Shown here in pieces: positions 9,593 to 18,749 of a stretch of DNA of 64,000 nt. A program made the position numbers and the translations under genes. The number at the start of each line of letters is the position of its first letter. Positions within the stretch are counted from its first letter, which is position 1. Origin of the DNA: Oscillatoria sp. FACHB-1406 (lineage in GTDB: Bacteria; Cyanobacteriota; Cyanobacteriia; Cyanobacteriales; Spirulinaceae); NCBI RefSeq assembly GCF_014698145.1, contig NZ_JACJSM010000001.1, forward strand, positions 24,633-88,632, read 5' to 3'. The notes under the pieces are model-generated. The model saw only the letters and a program-made list of their open reading frames with translations. It was not told where the DNA came from and ran no database searches.

Positions 9593-10722
9593 GAAATTTT
9601 TGTAGCTAAAATTTGAGCGAGCGTGCGGTTGAATTGTTCGACTCCATACACTTCTATCACTTTTTCTCGTAAATGTTCGGGCTGATACATCAACGGATTG
9701 GGATAAGTTCCTTGTAAAATATTAACCAGCGTTGCCGCAATTTCTTCCACCGAATCCGGATTGACTAACGCGCCTAGTTCTCCCCCTCGCAACGCATCGA
9801 TCGCGCCATCGCAATTTCCCCCTAGCGCCGGTTTGCCGCAAGCCAGCGCCTCCAGGTAAACAATGCCGAATCCTTCCCCTTTAGAAGGCATGGCAAAAAC
9901 ATCGCAGAGGTTATAATAATCCAAAATTTCCTCGTCGGGAACGAATCCCGCGAGGGTGACGAAATCCTGAAGTTGCAAGCCTTCGATTAAACCTTCAACG
10001 CGATCGCGATCGCTCCCCTTTCCGACTAAAATATAATGAATATTGGGGATTTGCTGGCGAATTAACGGTAAAGCAGAAATAATCTTATCGTAGCCCTTAT
10101 ATTGCTCGCTATCGTCGAGGCGAGCGACAGTTAAAATAATTTTTGTATCGGGTTTTAAGCCATAGCGATCGAGCAAGGTTTGAGACTTGGGCGCAATCTG
10201 AAAGCTGCTTGCATCGAAGGTACAAGGAAGAAGAGAAAAGCGTTGCGGATCGAGGTTTTGTTCTTTGAGGAGGCGATCGCGCGTATACTCGCCGATGGAG
10301 ATGATGCGATCGGCATTCTGTAATGCAACTTTTAAACGACGGCGTTGAATATTCCAAGCATCAACGCCATAAACGATTGTCCAATAAGGAATCCCGAACT
10401 GTCGTTTTAACCAATAAGCGGCGGGTGTAAAATTGAGGTGCGTGGTGAGGATGAGATCGGGCTTTTCTACCGCGCCGTAGTACAAAACTTGCGAGGCAAA
10501 CATTAAAGTACGGATGGATAAAGACCACTTTCCCGTACAGTGAAAGCGTAGATTTTCTCGTCGTTCTAACTCTGGCGGGTAGCGCTTATCGTGCTTGAGA
10601 AAAACCTCATAATGCGTTTCGGGCGCGATCGATTGTAAGGCATCGAGAAGGAAGGCTGAATAAACTTGAATGCCACCTTTGAATTCAAAAATGTTGGGGA
10701 ACCAGAGATGACAGCGAAACAT
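9589..10722 (-). CDS. Family-4 glycosyltransferase.
   Basis: GT4 motifs (GEGFGIVYLEALACGKPAL). Start placed at internal ATG (MFRCHLWFP) because the upstream 33 codons are encoded by the TGGATAA repeat array. 4-nt overlap with the upstream GT. Confidence 0.75.
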   Translation of the reverse strand: MFRCHLWFPNIFEFKGGIQVYSAFLLDALQSIAPETHYEVFLKHDKRYPPELERRENLRFHCTGKWSLSIRTLMFASQVLYYGAVEKPDLILTTHLNFTPAAYWLKRQFGIPYWTIVYGVDAWNIQRRRLKVALQNADRIISIGEYTRDRLLKEQNLDPQRFSLLPCTFDASSFQIAPKSQTLLDRYGLKPDTKIILTVARLDDSEQYKGYDKIISALPLIRQQIPNIHYILVGKGSDRDRVEGLIEGLQLQDFVTLAGFVPDEEILDYYNLCDVFAMPSKGEGFGIVYLEALACGKPALGGNCDGAIDALRGGELGALVNPDSVEEIAATLVNILQGTYPNPLMYQPEHLREKVIEVYGVEQFNRTLAQILATKIS

Positions 10723-10960
10723 AATTGATAATTGACAATGGATAATGGATAACGGGATTTTGATAATGGATAACTGGACTTTAACAAAAGATATTTCGTA
10801 GGGTGGGCAGCGCCCACCCACCTTAATTCAACGCTATTCGATAATGGATAATGGGACTTTGAAAACAGTCATGGATAACGAGACATTTCGTAGGGTGGGC
10901 AGCGCCCACCAACCTTAACTCAACGCCATTCGATCTGGATAACGATACTTTGACCAAAGT
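10721..10960. repeat. TGGATAA-type short repeats plus two copies (92-bp period) of a hairpin element ATTTCGTAGGGTGGGCAGCGCCCACC(C/A)ACCTTAA.
   Basis: Direct repeats at 10793-10845 and 10885-10937. ggataatggataa motifs; same family as 55240-55492 and 29672-29700, in inverted orientation. Confidence 0.8.
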
Positions 10961-10989
10961 CTGGATTAAAAAGGGCTGAAAACCTTATC

Positions 10990-11898
10990 TTAATACTCCT
11001 CCGTTACCCTGTCCCCATCGTTCGGCAGTTCCAAAGGAATTTCGCCCATAATTCCCTTACGAAAATCATTTAAAAACAAAACGGAGACTCGTTCCACATC
11101 GCCGCGATAGCGAGTTTGCGCGAGGTTGTAAATATACTCTTCCCCCGTTAACATTTCCGCTTCGAGTTGATAGCGGGATTTTAATATCTCTGCAAATCCA
11201 AGCTTTATAAGCAAATCAACTAATGCTGCTGCGACGCGCTGATTATCATAAGCCGCTTCGCCAATATCTTCACAAATGGCAAGTTTAACCGCATTCTCTT
11301 GATTTTCCAAACGCCAGGGAATTACGCCCGGTGCGTCCAGAAGCTCGATTTCGTCCGAAATTCGCACCCATTGAAGCTGGCGCGTCACCCCCGCGCGGCG
11401 TTCGCTGCGGACGGCTTTACGCCCGACTAAACGGTTAATCAGCGCGGATTTGCCCACGTTGGGCATCCCAATGACGACAGCGCGCACCGAACGAGGCAAC
11501 ATTCCGCGATCGCGCCGTCGCTGATTCATCGCCACTCCTGCTGCTTGGGCGGCCTTTTTAACCGCATTAATCCCCTTCCCGTGCTTGGCATCGGTAAAAT
11601 AGAGAGTCTCGCCGCGATCGCCAAACTCACTTTTCCACCCCTGTTGCACCGATATCGGGATCGTATCCATGCGATTGAGAACGATCACGCGCGGTTTGTC
11701 GCCAATCCACTCCCTCACTTGCGGGTGGTGAGAGGCGAGAGGAATGCGCGCGTCGAGAACTTCCAGAACGACATCAACGCGCTTGAGTTGTTCTTTGAGT
11801 TGCCGTTCGGCTTTGGCAATATGTCCGGGATACCACTGAATTAGAGCGCTCAAAGTTCCGTTTGCTACCAATAGATCTGTTACAGCATTTTTACACAC
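10990..11898 (-). CDS. rbgA: Ribosome biogenesis GTPase A (YlqF/RbgA), a circularly permuted GTPase.
   Basis: IQWYPGHIAKA N-terminus, permuted order G4 (LNRMD) before G1 (GMPNVGKSALINRL) and G3 (DAPG). The true start may be a non-ATG codon near 11850. Confidence 0.8.
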   Translation of the reverse strand: MCKNAVTDLLVANGTLSALIQWYPGHIAKAERQLKEQLKRVDVVLEVLDARIPLASHHPQVREWIGDKPRVIVLNRMDTIPISVQQGWKSEFGDRGETLYFTDAKHGKGINAVKKAAQAAGVAMNQRRRDRGMLPRSVRAVVIGMPNVGKSALINRLVGRKAVRSERRAGVTRQLQWVRISDEIELLDAPGVIPWRLENQENAVKLAICEDIGEAAYDNQRVAAALVDLLIKLGFAEILKSRYQLEAEMLTGEEYIYNLAQTRYRGDVERVSVLFLNDFRKGIMGEIPLELPNDGDRVTEEY

Positions 11899-12124
11899 CC
11901 GTTCTATTTTCTGTTGTCGATTGCCCGTTGTCCATTACCCGAAGGGCGCACGGCGCGAAGATTAAGTTATTGTTCCCCGCTGCGGCCCAAATGCGATCGG
12001 GACTTTAGTTCTAGTCTCAAAATGGGAAGATCGATCCATGCGGATCGTAGAGATTGCCTCGTAAGCTGAGAGTATCGAATCCCTCAAAGGTTCGTTCCTC
12101 TCACTCCTCAATTCAGAATCGACC

Positions 12125-12631
12125 ATGAAATCGAAAACGAAATTACTCTCTATTTTCGCGGGTTCTATTGCCCTTTCTTGCGCCCTCTCCTCAACATTAC
12201 CCGCCTTCTCTCAAAATAATAATCCGACGACTCCCCCGCAACACGGTCGGATGCACCACCCTGACTTGAATTTGACGGACGCACAAAAGGCGCAAATGCA
12301 GCAAATTCATCAAGAAGAGCGATCGCAGATCGAGGCTATTTTAACCGACGCACAGAAAGCGCAACTCCAAAGCGAACGTGCTAATCGCCAACAGGGTCAA
12401 GCCGGAGAACGTCGCCAACCGCCTCAAGCTGGCGCGAATGGCGGCAGACCTCCTTCGCCCTTTGCTTCTCTCAATCTTACCGACGAACAACGTTCTCAAA
12501 TTGAAGCCATCCGTCGCGCCACCAAAGAAAAAATGGATGCAGTTTTGACCCCAGAACAGCGCCAACAAATGGAACAACACCGCCAAGAACGCCAACAGCG
12601 CCGTCAAGGAAACACGCAGAACCCGAACTAA
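12125..12631 (+). CDS. Spy/CpxP-family periplasmic chaperone-like protein (LTxxQ repeats).
   Basis: Signal peptide; four LTxxQ motifs (LNLTDAQKAQMQ, LTDAQKAQLQ, LNLTDEQRSQIE, LTPEQRQQME). Confidence 0.7.
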   Translation: MKSKTKLLSIFAGSIALSCALSSTLPAFSQNNNPTTPPQHGRMHHPDLNLTDAQKAQMQQIHQEERSQIEAILTDAQKAQLQSERANRQQGQAGERRQPPQAGANGGRPPSPFASLNLTDEQRSQIEAIRRATKEKMDAVLTPEQRQQMEQHRQERQQRRQGNTQNPN

Positions 12632-12647
12632 GGGATAGCATCAAAAA

Positions 12648-12675
12648 GTAGGGACGTTCTCGATAATGTCCCTAC
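12648..12675 (+). terminator. Hairpin downstream of the Spy-like gene (possible terminator; no T-tract).
   Basis: GTAGGGAC-(12 nt)-GTCCCTAC. Confidence 0.25.
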
Positions 12676-12872
12676 GGAAATAGAGAACGATTTATATCGT
12701 CCTCTGAAAGCTTTAACTAGATCTTGTTAGAGTCTCCTTGTATGGGGGAGCCAAGAGCCAGTGCTAAACTGTGGAAGTTTGGAGCGCTGGCTTTTGCTTT
12801 TATACTGCGATCGCAACATCCGCATCCATCCAGTTATGCCAATTCCCAATCCTGACCGTAGGGGCAGCATGG

Positions 12873-13059
12873 GTGTCAACTTAAGCTTAACCCCCGCTCA
12901 GAAAGTGGAATCGCCCTCACCCCCAGCCCCTCTCCCAACCCTGGGAGAGGGGAGCAAGAGAGAATTCTTCTCCCCCCTCGCCCAAAATTGGGAGAGGGGG
13001 GTCGGGGGGGGTGAGGGCTGGGATGACGCTATAACAAACACTCGTGCTTAAGTTGACAC
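12873..13059. mobile_element. MITE-like 187-bp element with perfect 14-bp terminal inverted repeats and GC-rich internal palindromes.
   Basis: TIRs GTGTCAACTTAAGC / GCTTAAGTTGACAC. Internal CCCCTCTCCCAACCCTGGGAGAGGGG and CCCCCCTCGCCCAAAATTGGGAGAGGGGGG hairpins. The core is related to the elements at 21244 and 62318. Confidence 0.7.
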
Positions 13060-13284
13060 GAATGGCCCTAATTCTGCTTCTCAGATGGTGGTGTGGCAAG
13101 GTTGTCAGAACAGTTGTAAGGGCGGAAATGAGCGATCGCAGCCCTCCCTAGTTGCCAGCCGCCAAGAGGAGAACGAGAGCAACAAATATACACATTTAGG
13201 GCTAAAAATCAATAACACTACACTACAATAGACTGAATGTGATTTCACTGCCAAACACTCTTCAAAAATCATCAAGGAGTAACG

Positions 13285-13689
13285 ATGGAGCCTATTTCCA
13301 TGATTATTGCTGCTTTAGGCGCTGGTGCGATCGCCGCGACTAAAGATACCGCCGAAACAGCCGTTAAAGATGCCTATCAAGCGTTGAAAACTCTGATTAA
13401 GAAGAAGTTTGAAGGTGAACCAAAAGCAGAAATGGTTTTGGAAGAACATGAAACAGATCCTGAAACATATAACGCACCCCTTAAAAAGAAATTAGCTGAA
13501 GCTGGTGTTGATAAAGATGCAGCTATTCTTCAAGCGGCTCAAGAGTTATTAAATCAAGTCAAAGAACAGCCCGGTGGACAGCAGATTATTACCCAAAATA
13601 TCAGTAATGTCAAGTATGCCGCTACCTCTGGTTCTGGTAGTGAAAGTATTAGTGGCATCACCGAACAAAGTTTATCGAAAGACGAGTGA
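13285..13689 (+). CDS. Small helical Bell-like protein with a C-terminal amyloid-signalling-like motif; partner of the downstream STAND NTPase.
   Basis: Strong SD (AAGGAG 8 nt upstream). N-terminal hydrophobic helix MIIAALGAGAIAA, charged helical middle, C-terminal QQIITQNISNVKYAATSGSGSESISGITEQ. That motif recurs at the N-terminus of the next gene. Confidence 0.7.
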   Translation: MEPISMIIAALGAGAIAATKDTAETAVKDAYQALKTLIKKKFEGEPKAEMVLEEHETDPETYNAPLKKKLAEAGVDKDAAILQAAQELLNQVKEQPGGQQIITQNISNVKYAATSGSGSESISGITEQSLSKDE

Positions 13690-13802
13690 AACGAACTAGC
13701 GTTTTTCAAATGGATGAGGTACAAAAATTGCAATTAGATTGGTAGGGGCGAATGGCCTTCGCCCGCGCAATGTACCTCATTTAATGAATCACAGGGTATG
13801 TT

Positions 13803-16800
13803 ATGTCCGAGCAAGGCGATATCCAACAAAGTATTACAGGAAGTGAATACGCGGCGACCTCCGCGACGGGCAATGCCACGATCTCGATTACCAATTACTA
13901 CTATCGAGAAGAAGCAAGATTAGTCCCGTCTGATTCTACCGAAGCTGCTGATGACAATCTCCCCTGTCCTTATCGGGGGTTGTTTCATTTTGGCCCCAAT
14001 GATGCGGATGTATTTTTTGGGCGGGAAATCTTTACCGAAGAACTTTATCGTGCAACTCAAACCCGTAATTTTATTCCGGTGTTAGGTGCATCAGGAAGCG
14101 GTAAATCTTCGGTCGTCTTAGCGGGATTAGTCCCTAAATTGCAAAAAGAAAGGTATTGGAAATTTACTCACTTTCGTCCGGGTGCTGTACCGTTTTATGC
14201 TTTGGCTGAGGCCCTCGTTCCGCTTTATACACCCGAATTAGATGAGACCGAGCAAATTGCCCAAACCCGAAAACTAGCGGATTACTTGCTCGATAGCACT
14301 GTTTCTCTAGCTGATGTTTTAAAAAAAATTAAACAAAATCACCTCAATCATCGGGTGCTACTGATTGCCGACCAATTTGAAGAAATTTACACGCTCTGTA
14401 ATAACCTGGAAATTCGCCGTCAGTTTCTCGACTGCTTATTAGCCGGTTTAGAAACTCCGACTTCTTTGTCTGCATCAGCGACGGTGTTGGTAACAACGAT
14501 GCGAGCAGATTTTTTGGGAAATGCGCTCTCCTATCGTCCCTTTGCTGATGTCTTGCAAAAGGCTGATGTGAAACTGGGGCCGATGAATCGGGGGGAACTC
14601 ACAGAAGTTATTGAAAAACCTGCCCAAAAATTAGGGGTGACGTTTGAGTCGGGATTGGTAGAACGGATTCTCGATGATGTGGAAAACCAACCGGGAAATT
14701 TACCGTTGCTCGAGTTTGCTTTAACTGAGTTGTGGAACAAGCGCACGGGTAAACAATTAACTCACCAAATCTATGAAGCAATTGGTCAAGTAGAAGGTGC
14801 ATTAGCTCGCCATGCGGATGAAAAATATGGCAACTTGACTGATGAAGAAAAAGAAAAAGTTCGGCGAATTTTTATTCAATTGGTGCGTCCGGGGGAGGGG
14901 GCAGAAGATACCAGACGCATCGCCATGAAAGCGGAATTGGGAGAGCAAAGCTGGAGTTTGGTCAAACAATTAGCTGATGCTCGGTTGGTGGTGACAAGTC
15001 GCAATGCTACCAGTCAAGAAACGGTGGAGGTCGTCCATGAAGCGCTGATTCGCAATTGGGGAGAACTGCGAGCATGGATGAATACAAACCGCGATTTTAG
15101 GGCTTGGCAAGAGCGACTGCGGGCAGCAAAAGGGCAATGGGAAGCAACGAATCGAGATTCCGGTTCATTGTTGCGGGGTGCAGCACTAGCGGAAGCAGAA
15201 GAAAAACTGAAAGAACGCCCAGAAGACTTACTCGACGAGCAAGAATTTATCGAGCAGAGTATCCAAGAAGGAAATCGCCTCAAACAAATCGAAGCAGCCC
15301 GCAGGAAGCGCGACATTAGAACAGCTTGGGGGGTGGCGGTGGGTTCGTTGGTGGCGGTGGTGATTAGTGCGGGATTGGGTTTGACGGCATGGAATCAGAA
15401 AAACCAATCGGAACTCAATCAAGCCGAATCTCTGGGTCGATATTCCTTATCTCTATGGAATGAAAATAAACAATTAGAGACTTTTGTCCCAGCAATCAAG
15501 GCGGGAAAAATCCTGCAAAGCCAACACAAAACGAACCCAGAGATCATGAAGGCTTTAGAGGCAGTTCTTGTTCAAGGAAGAGAACGCAACCGCTTAGAAG
15601 GGCATAGTGATGTTGTCATTAGCATCAGTTTCAGCCCCGACGGCAAGACTTTGGCTTCTGGCAGTTCTGACAACACCATCAAACTGTGGAATATCGAGAC
15701 CGGAAAAGAAATCCGCGCCCTCAACGGACATAGTGAATCTGTCATTAGCATCAGTTTCAGCCCCGACGGCAAGACTTTGGCTTCTGGCAGTCGGGATAAG
15801 ACCATCAAACTGTGGAATATAGAGACCGGAACTGTAATCCGCACTCTCAACGGGCATAATAGCCCTGTCATTAGCGTCAGTTTTAGCCCCGATGGCAAGA
15901 CTTTGGCTTCTAGCAGTGATGACCAGACCATCAAACTGTGGAATATAGAGACCGGAACTGTAATCCGCACTCTCAACGGGCATAATAGCCCTGTCAGTAG
16001 CATCAGTTTCAGCCTCGACGGCAAGACCTTGGCTTCTGGCAGTTCTGACAACACCATCAAACTGTGGAATATCGAGACCGGAAAAGAAATCCGCGCCCTC
16101 AACGGACATAGTGAATCTGTCATTAGCATCAGTTTCAGCCCCGACGGCAAGACTTTGGCTTCTGGCAGTGATGACAAGACCATCAAACTGTGGAATATCG
16201 AGACCGGAACTGTAATCCGCACTCTCAACGGGCATAGTGGCACTGTCAGTAGCGTCAGTTTTAGCCCCGACGGCAAGACCTTGGCTTCTGGCAATACAGA
16301 CAAGACCATCAAACTGTGGAATATCGAGACCGGAAAAGAAATCCGCACTCTCATTGGGCATAGTGGCACTGTCAGTAGCGTCAGTTTTAGCCCCGACGGC
16401 AAGACCTTGGCTTCTAGCAGTGATGACAAGACCATCAAACTGTGGAATATCGAGACCGGAACTGTAATCCGAACCCTCAACGGGCATAGTGAGTCTGTCT
16501 ATAGCGTCAGTTTTAGCCCCGACGGCAAGACCTTGGCTTCTGGCAGTGATGACAACACCATCAAACTGTGGAATATCGAGACCGGAACTGTAATCCGCAC
16601 CCTCAACGGGCATAGTGAGTCTGTCTATAGCGTCAGTTTCAGCCCCGATGGCAAGACCTTGGCTTCTGGCAGTTATGACCAGACCATCAAACTCTGGAAT
16701 ATAGAGACGGGAAAAGAAATCCGCACTCTCAACGGGCATAGTGAGTCTGTCAGTAGCGTCAGTTTTAGCCCCGACGGCAAGACTTTGGCTTCTGGCAGTT

Positions 16801-16961
16801 ATGACCAGACCATCAAACTCTGGAATCTTCCAGAATTGGAGCTAGACCCCTTAATGAAGCGTAATTGCGATTTGGTACGCGCTTATTTAACCCATAATCC
16901 TAATGTCAGCGAGAGCGACAGGCACTTGTGCGACGGTATCGGCACGCAAAAAAGCCTGTAA
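13803..16961 (+). CDS. STAND (NACHT-like) P-loop NTPase with an N-terminal BASS-like motif, a single TM helix and 10 WD40 repeats (NLR-like).
   Basis: N-terminal QQSITGSEYAATSATGNATISITNYY; CPYRGLFHFGPNDADVFFGRE; Walker A GASGSGKSS, Walker B LLIADQFEE; TM WGVAVGSLVAVVISAGLGLTAW; ten near-identical 42-aa WD40 units (GHS..V.SVSFSPDGKTLASGS.D.TIKLWN). Confidence 0.9.
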   Translation: MSEQGDIQQSITGSEYAATSATGNATISITNYYYREEARLVPSDSTEAADDNLPCPYRGLFHFGPNDADVFFGREIFTEELYRATQTRNFIPVLGASGSGKSSVVLAGLVPKLQKERYWKFTHFRPGAVPFYALAEALVPLYTPELDETEQIAQTRKLADYLLDSTVSLADVLKKIKQNHLNHRVLLIADQFEEIYTLCNNLEIRRQFLDCLLAGLETPTSLSASATVLVTTMRADFLGNALSYRPFADVLQKADVKLGPMNRGELTEVIEKPAQKLGVTFESGLVERILDDVENQPGNLPLLEFALTELWNKRTGKQLTHQIYEAIGQVEGALARHADEKYGNLTDEEKEKVRRIFIQLVRPGEGAEDTRRIAMKAELGEQSWSLVKQLADARLVVTSRNATSQETVEVVHEALIRNWGELRAWMNTNRDFRAWQERLRAAKGQWEATNRDSGSLLRGAALAEAEEKLKERPEDLLDEQEFIEQSIQEGNRLKQIEAARRKRDIRTAWGVAVGSLVAVVISAGLGLTAWNQKNQSELNQAESLGRYSLSLWNENKQLETFVPAIKAGKILQSQHKTNPEIMKALEAVLVQGRERNRLEGHSDVVISISFSPDGKTLASGSSDNTIKLWNIETGKEIRALNGHSESVISISFSPDGKTLASGSRDKTIKLWNIETGTVIRTLNGHNSPVISVSFSPDGKTLASSSDDQTIKLWNIETGTVIRTLNGHNSPVSSISFSLDGKTLASGSSDNTIKLWNIETGKEIRALNGHSESVISISFSPDGKTLASGSDDKTIKLWNIETGTVIRTLNGHSGTVSSVSFSPDGKTLASGNTDKTIKLWNIETGKEIRTLIGHSGTVSSVSFSPDGKTLASSSDDKTIKLWNIETGTVIRTLNGHSESVYSVSFSPDGKTLASGSDDNTIKLWNIETGTVIRTLNGHSESVYSVSFSPDGKTLASGSYDQTIKLWNIETGKEIRTLNGHSESVSSVSFSPDGKTLASGSYDQTIKLWNLPELELDPLMKRNCDLVRAYLTHNPNVSESDRHLCDGIGTQKSL
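15594..16850 (+). repeat. Ten near-identical 126-bp tandem repeats encoding the WD40 blades.
   Basis: Nucleotide-level repetition (...cagttttagccccgacggcaagac(t/c)ttggcttctggcagt...). Generates spurious long antisense ORFs. Confidence 0.9.
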
Positions 16962-17280
16962 ACTCCCTCAAACAGTAAAGTCCACATTTATTAGTTTTGA
17001 AAAAAATCTCTTTAATCCGGTATGAATATAGATTCACCTTGACGACATTGATAGCAATAGACACATCAATGAGGACAATTCGATGGGTGGAAAACCGGGC
17101 GAATGCCATTCGCCCCTACCCAATTTTGTCCTAACTGCCTTGACGATGGCGATAATTAATGACTCCCTGCGACTTCAACAATACTGAGTGGGTCGCAGCC
17201 GCATCTAACATTCCGTTACAGCGAACAGCAATCTATCAACCATGACAAACCATGCCTATAAGTTACTGTACGCTAGATAA

Positions 17281-17352
17281 AAGGCGACACCCGGATTTGA
17301 ACCGGGGAATAGAGGTTTTGCAGACCTCTGCCTTACCGCTTGGCTATGTCGC
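17281..17352 (-). tRNA. tRNA-Cys (anticodon GCA).
   Basis: Reverse complement folds as a cloverleaf: acceptor GGCGACA/TGTCGCC, D-arm with GG, anticodon stem GAGGT/ACCTC with loop CUGCAAA, T-loop GGTTCAAATCC. CCA not encoded. Confidence 0.85.
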
Positions 17353-17529
17353 CAGACATATAGCTCTGAATTATAACATATAATCTGCCTCTCGATCCAG
17401 CAGTCCGGACGCAGAATTTTGTAACTAATTGTTATGGTGGGTAACAAAGGCTTAACGGCGGTCTGCTGCTGCGATAATCTAGATCGGGTAATTCACAGAC
17501 CGATTTTATTGTTCGAGAGAGCTTGTTCC

Positions 17530-18495
17530 ATGACCTCTACTGCTTCTAGTTCGGTGCAAACCGTTCGCATTGCTTCCCGTAAAAGTCAACTCGCGCTGGT
17601 GCAAACCCATTGGGTGCAGCAACAACTGCAACAGCATTATTCCGATCGCGCCTTTGAAGTAGAGATGATGAGTACCCAGGGCGATAAAATCCTGGATGTG
17701 GCTCTCTCGAAAATTGGCGACAAAGGACTGTTCACCAAAGAATTAGAAGTCGGAATCCTGAATGGCAGCGCCGATTTTGCCGTTCATTCCCTCAAAGATT
17801 TACCGACGCGATTGCCGGAAGGCTTGATGCTGGGCTGCGTTACCGAACGAGTTAACCCCGCCGATGCACTCGTCGTCCATGAAAACCACCGCGACAAGCA
17901 AATCGATACCTTACCCGAAGGCGCGGTAATCGGAACTTCTTCGCTGCGACGCTTGGCACAACTGCGCTACCACTTCCCCCACTTAGAGTTTAAGGATATT
18001 CGCGGCAACTTAAATACGCGCTTGGCGAAGTTGGATGCGGGCGAGTACGATGCGCTCATTCTAGCAGTAGCGGGGCTGGAGCGCTTGGAAATGAGCGATC
18101 GCATCCAGCAAGTCATCCCCAACGAAATCTCCCTCCACGCTGTCGGACAAGGTGCGCTAGGGATTGAATGTCGCGAAGGCGATACAGGTATCCTCGAACT
18201 GCTGAGAGTCCTCGAACACGAACCCAGCAAACAGCGCGCCCTCGCCGAACGGGAGTTTTTACGCTGTTTGGAAGGCGGTTGCCAAGTGCCGATCGGCGTG
18301 AATACCACCATTGAAGGCAAGACCTTAACCTTAACCGGAATGGTGGCGAGTTTGGACGGGAAACGCTTGGTAAAGGATGTGGTTTCCGGTAGCACTAGCG
18401 ATCCCGAAGCGTTAGGGCGCGATCTCGCCGAACGGTTAAAAGTACAGGGCGCGAAAGAAATTCTTGATGAGATTTTCGCTGAAATCGGTCGGTAA
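17530..18495 (+). CDS. hemC: Hydroxymethylbilane synthase (porphobilinogen deaminase).
   Basis: [14 protein letters not shown] ... [11 protein letters not shown] ... ECREGD; cofactor-binding Cys region GGCQVPIG. Start placed at the internal ATG (MTSTASS). Confidence 0.9.
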   Translation: MTSTASSSVQTVRIASRKSQLALVQTHWVQQQLQQHYSDRAFEVEMMSTQGDKILDVALSKIGDKGLFTKELEVGILNGSADFAVHSLKDLPTRLPEGLMLGCVTERVNPADALVVHENHRDKQIDTLPEGAVIGTSSLRRLAQLRYHFPHLEFKDIRGNLNTRLAKLDAGEYDALILAVAGLERLEMSDRIQQVIPNEISLHAVGQGALGIECREGDTGILELLRVLEHEPSKQRALAEREFLRCLEGGCQVPIGVNTTIEGKTLTLTGMVASLDGKRLVKDVVSGSTSDPEALGRDLAERLKVQGAKEILDEIFAEIGR

Positions 18496-18749
18496 ATTGC
18501 AACGTTTGCTTGTACGTTTTTAAAGGATGCTGGGCAACGGCGGCGATGATTGCGTTCTATCCGCAGGTCAATTTAAGCTTCACCGTTGCCAGCCCTTGTA
18601 TGTTGAGATGGTAAATAAGTAACGTTCTATTCGGTGCGTTACGCTGTCGCTAACGCACCCTACAAAAACTAAATTTTAAGAGATTTCAATTTCGAGGTAA
18701 TACCAATTCTCATTAATTTTGCACGACTCCCGAAGAGGGCATAACAATG

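Noticed and set aside
9121-9605. ORFs 9121..9333 (+) and 9363..9605 (+) antisense to a glycosyltransferase
   Set aside because: Inside a well-supported minus-strand GT4 gene; no motifs.
12761-13099. ORFs 12761..13051 (+) and 12917..13099 (-)
   Set aside because: Both are encoded by the MITE-like palindromic element (PSPPAPLPTLGEGS...). Translations mirror each other because of the inverted repeats; not genes.
15572-16739. Two long antisense ORFs (302 and 381 aa) opposite the WD40 array
   Set aside because: They lie entirely within the tandem nucleotide repeats and have periodic low-complexity translations. They are artefacts of repeat periodicity; the sense-strand WD40 protein has canonical motifs.
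18520-18600. Imperfect inverted repeat GCTGGGCAACGG ... CCGTTGCCAGCC downstream of hemC as a terminator
   Set aside because: 43-nt loop, one mismatch and no T-tract; too weak to call.
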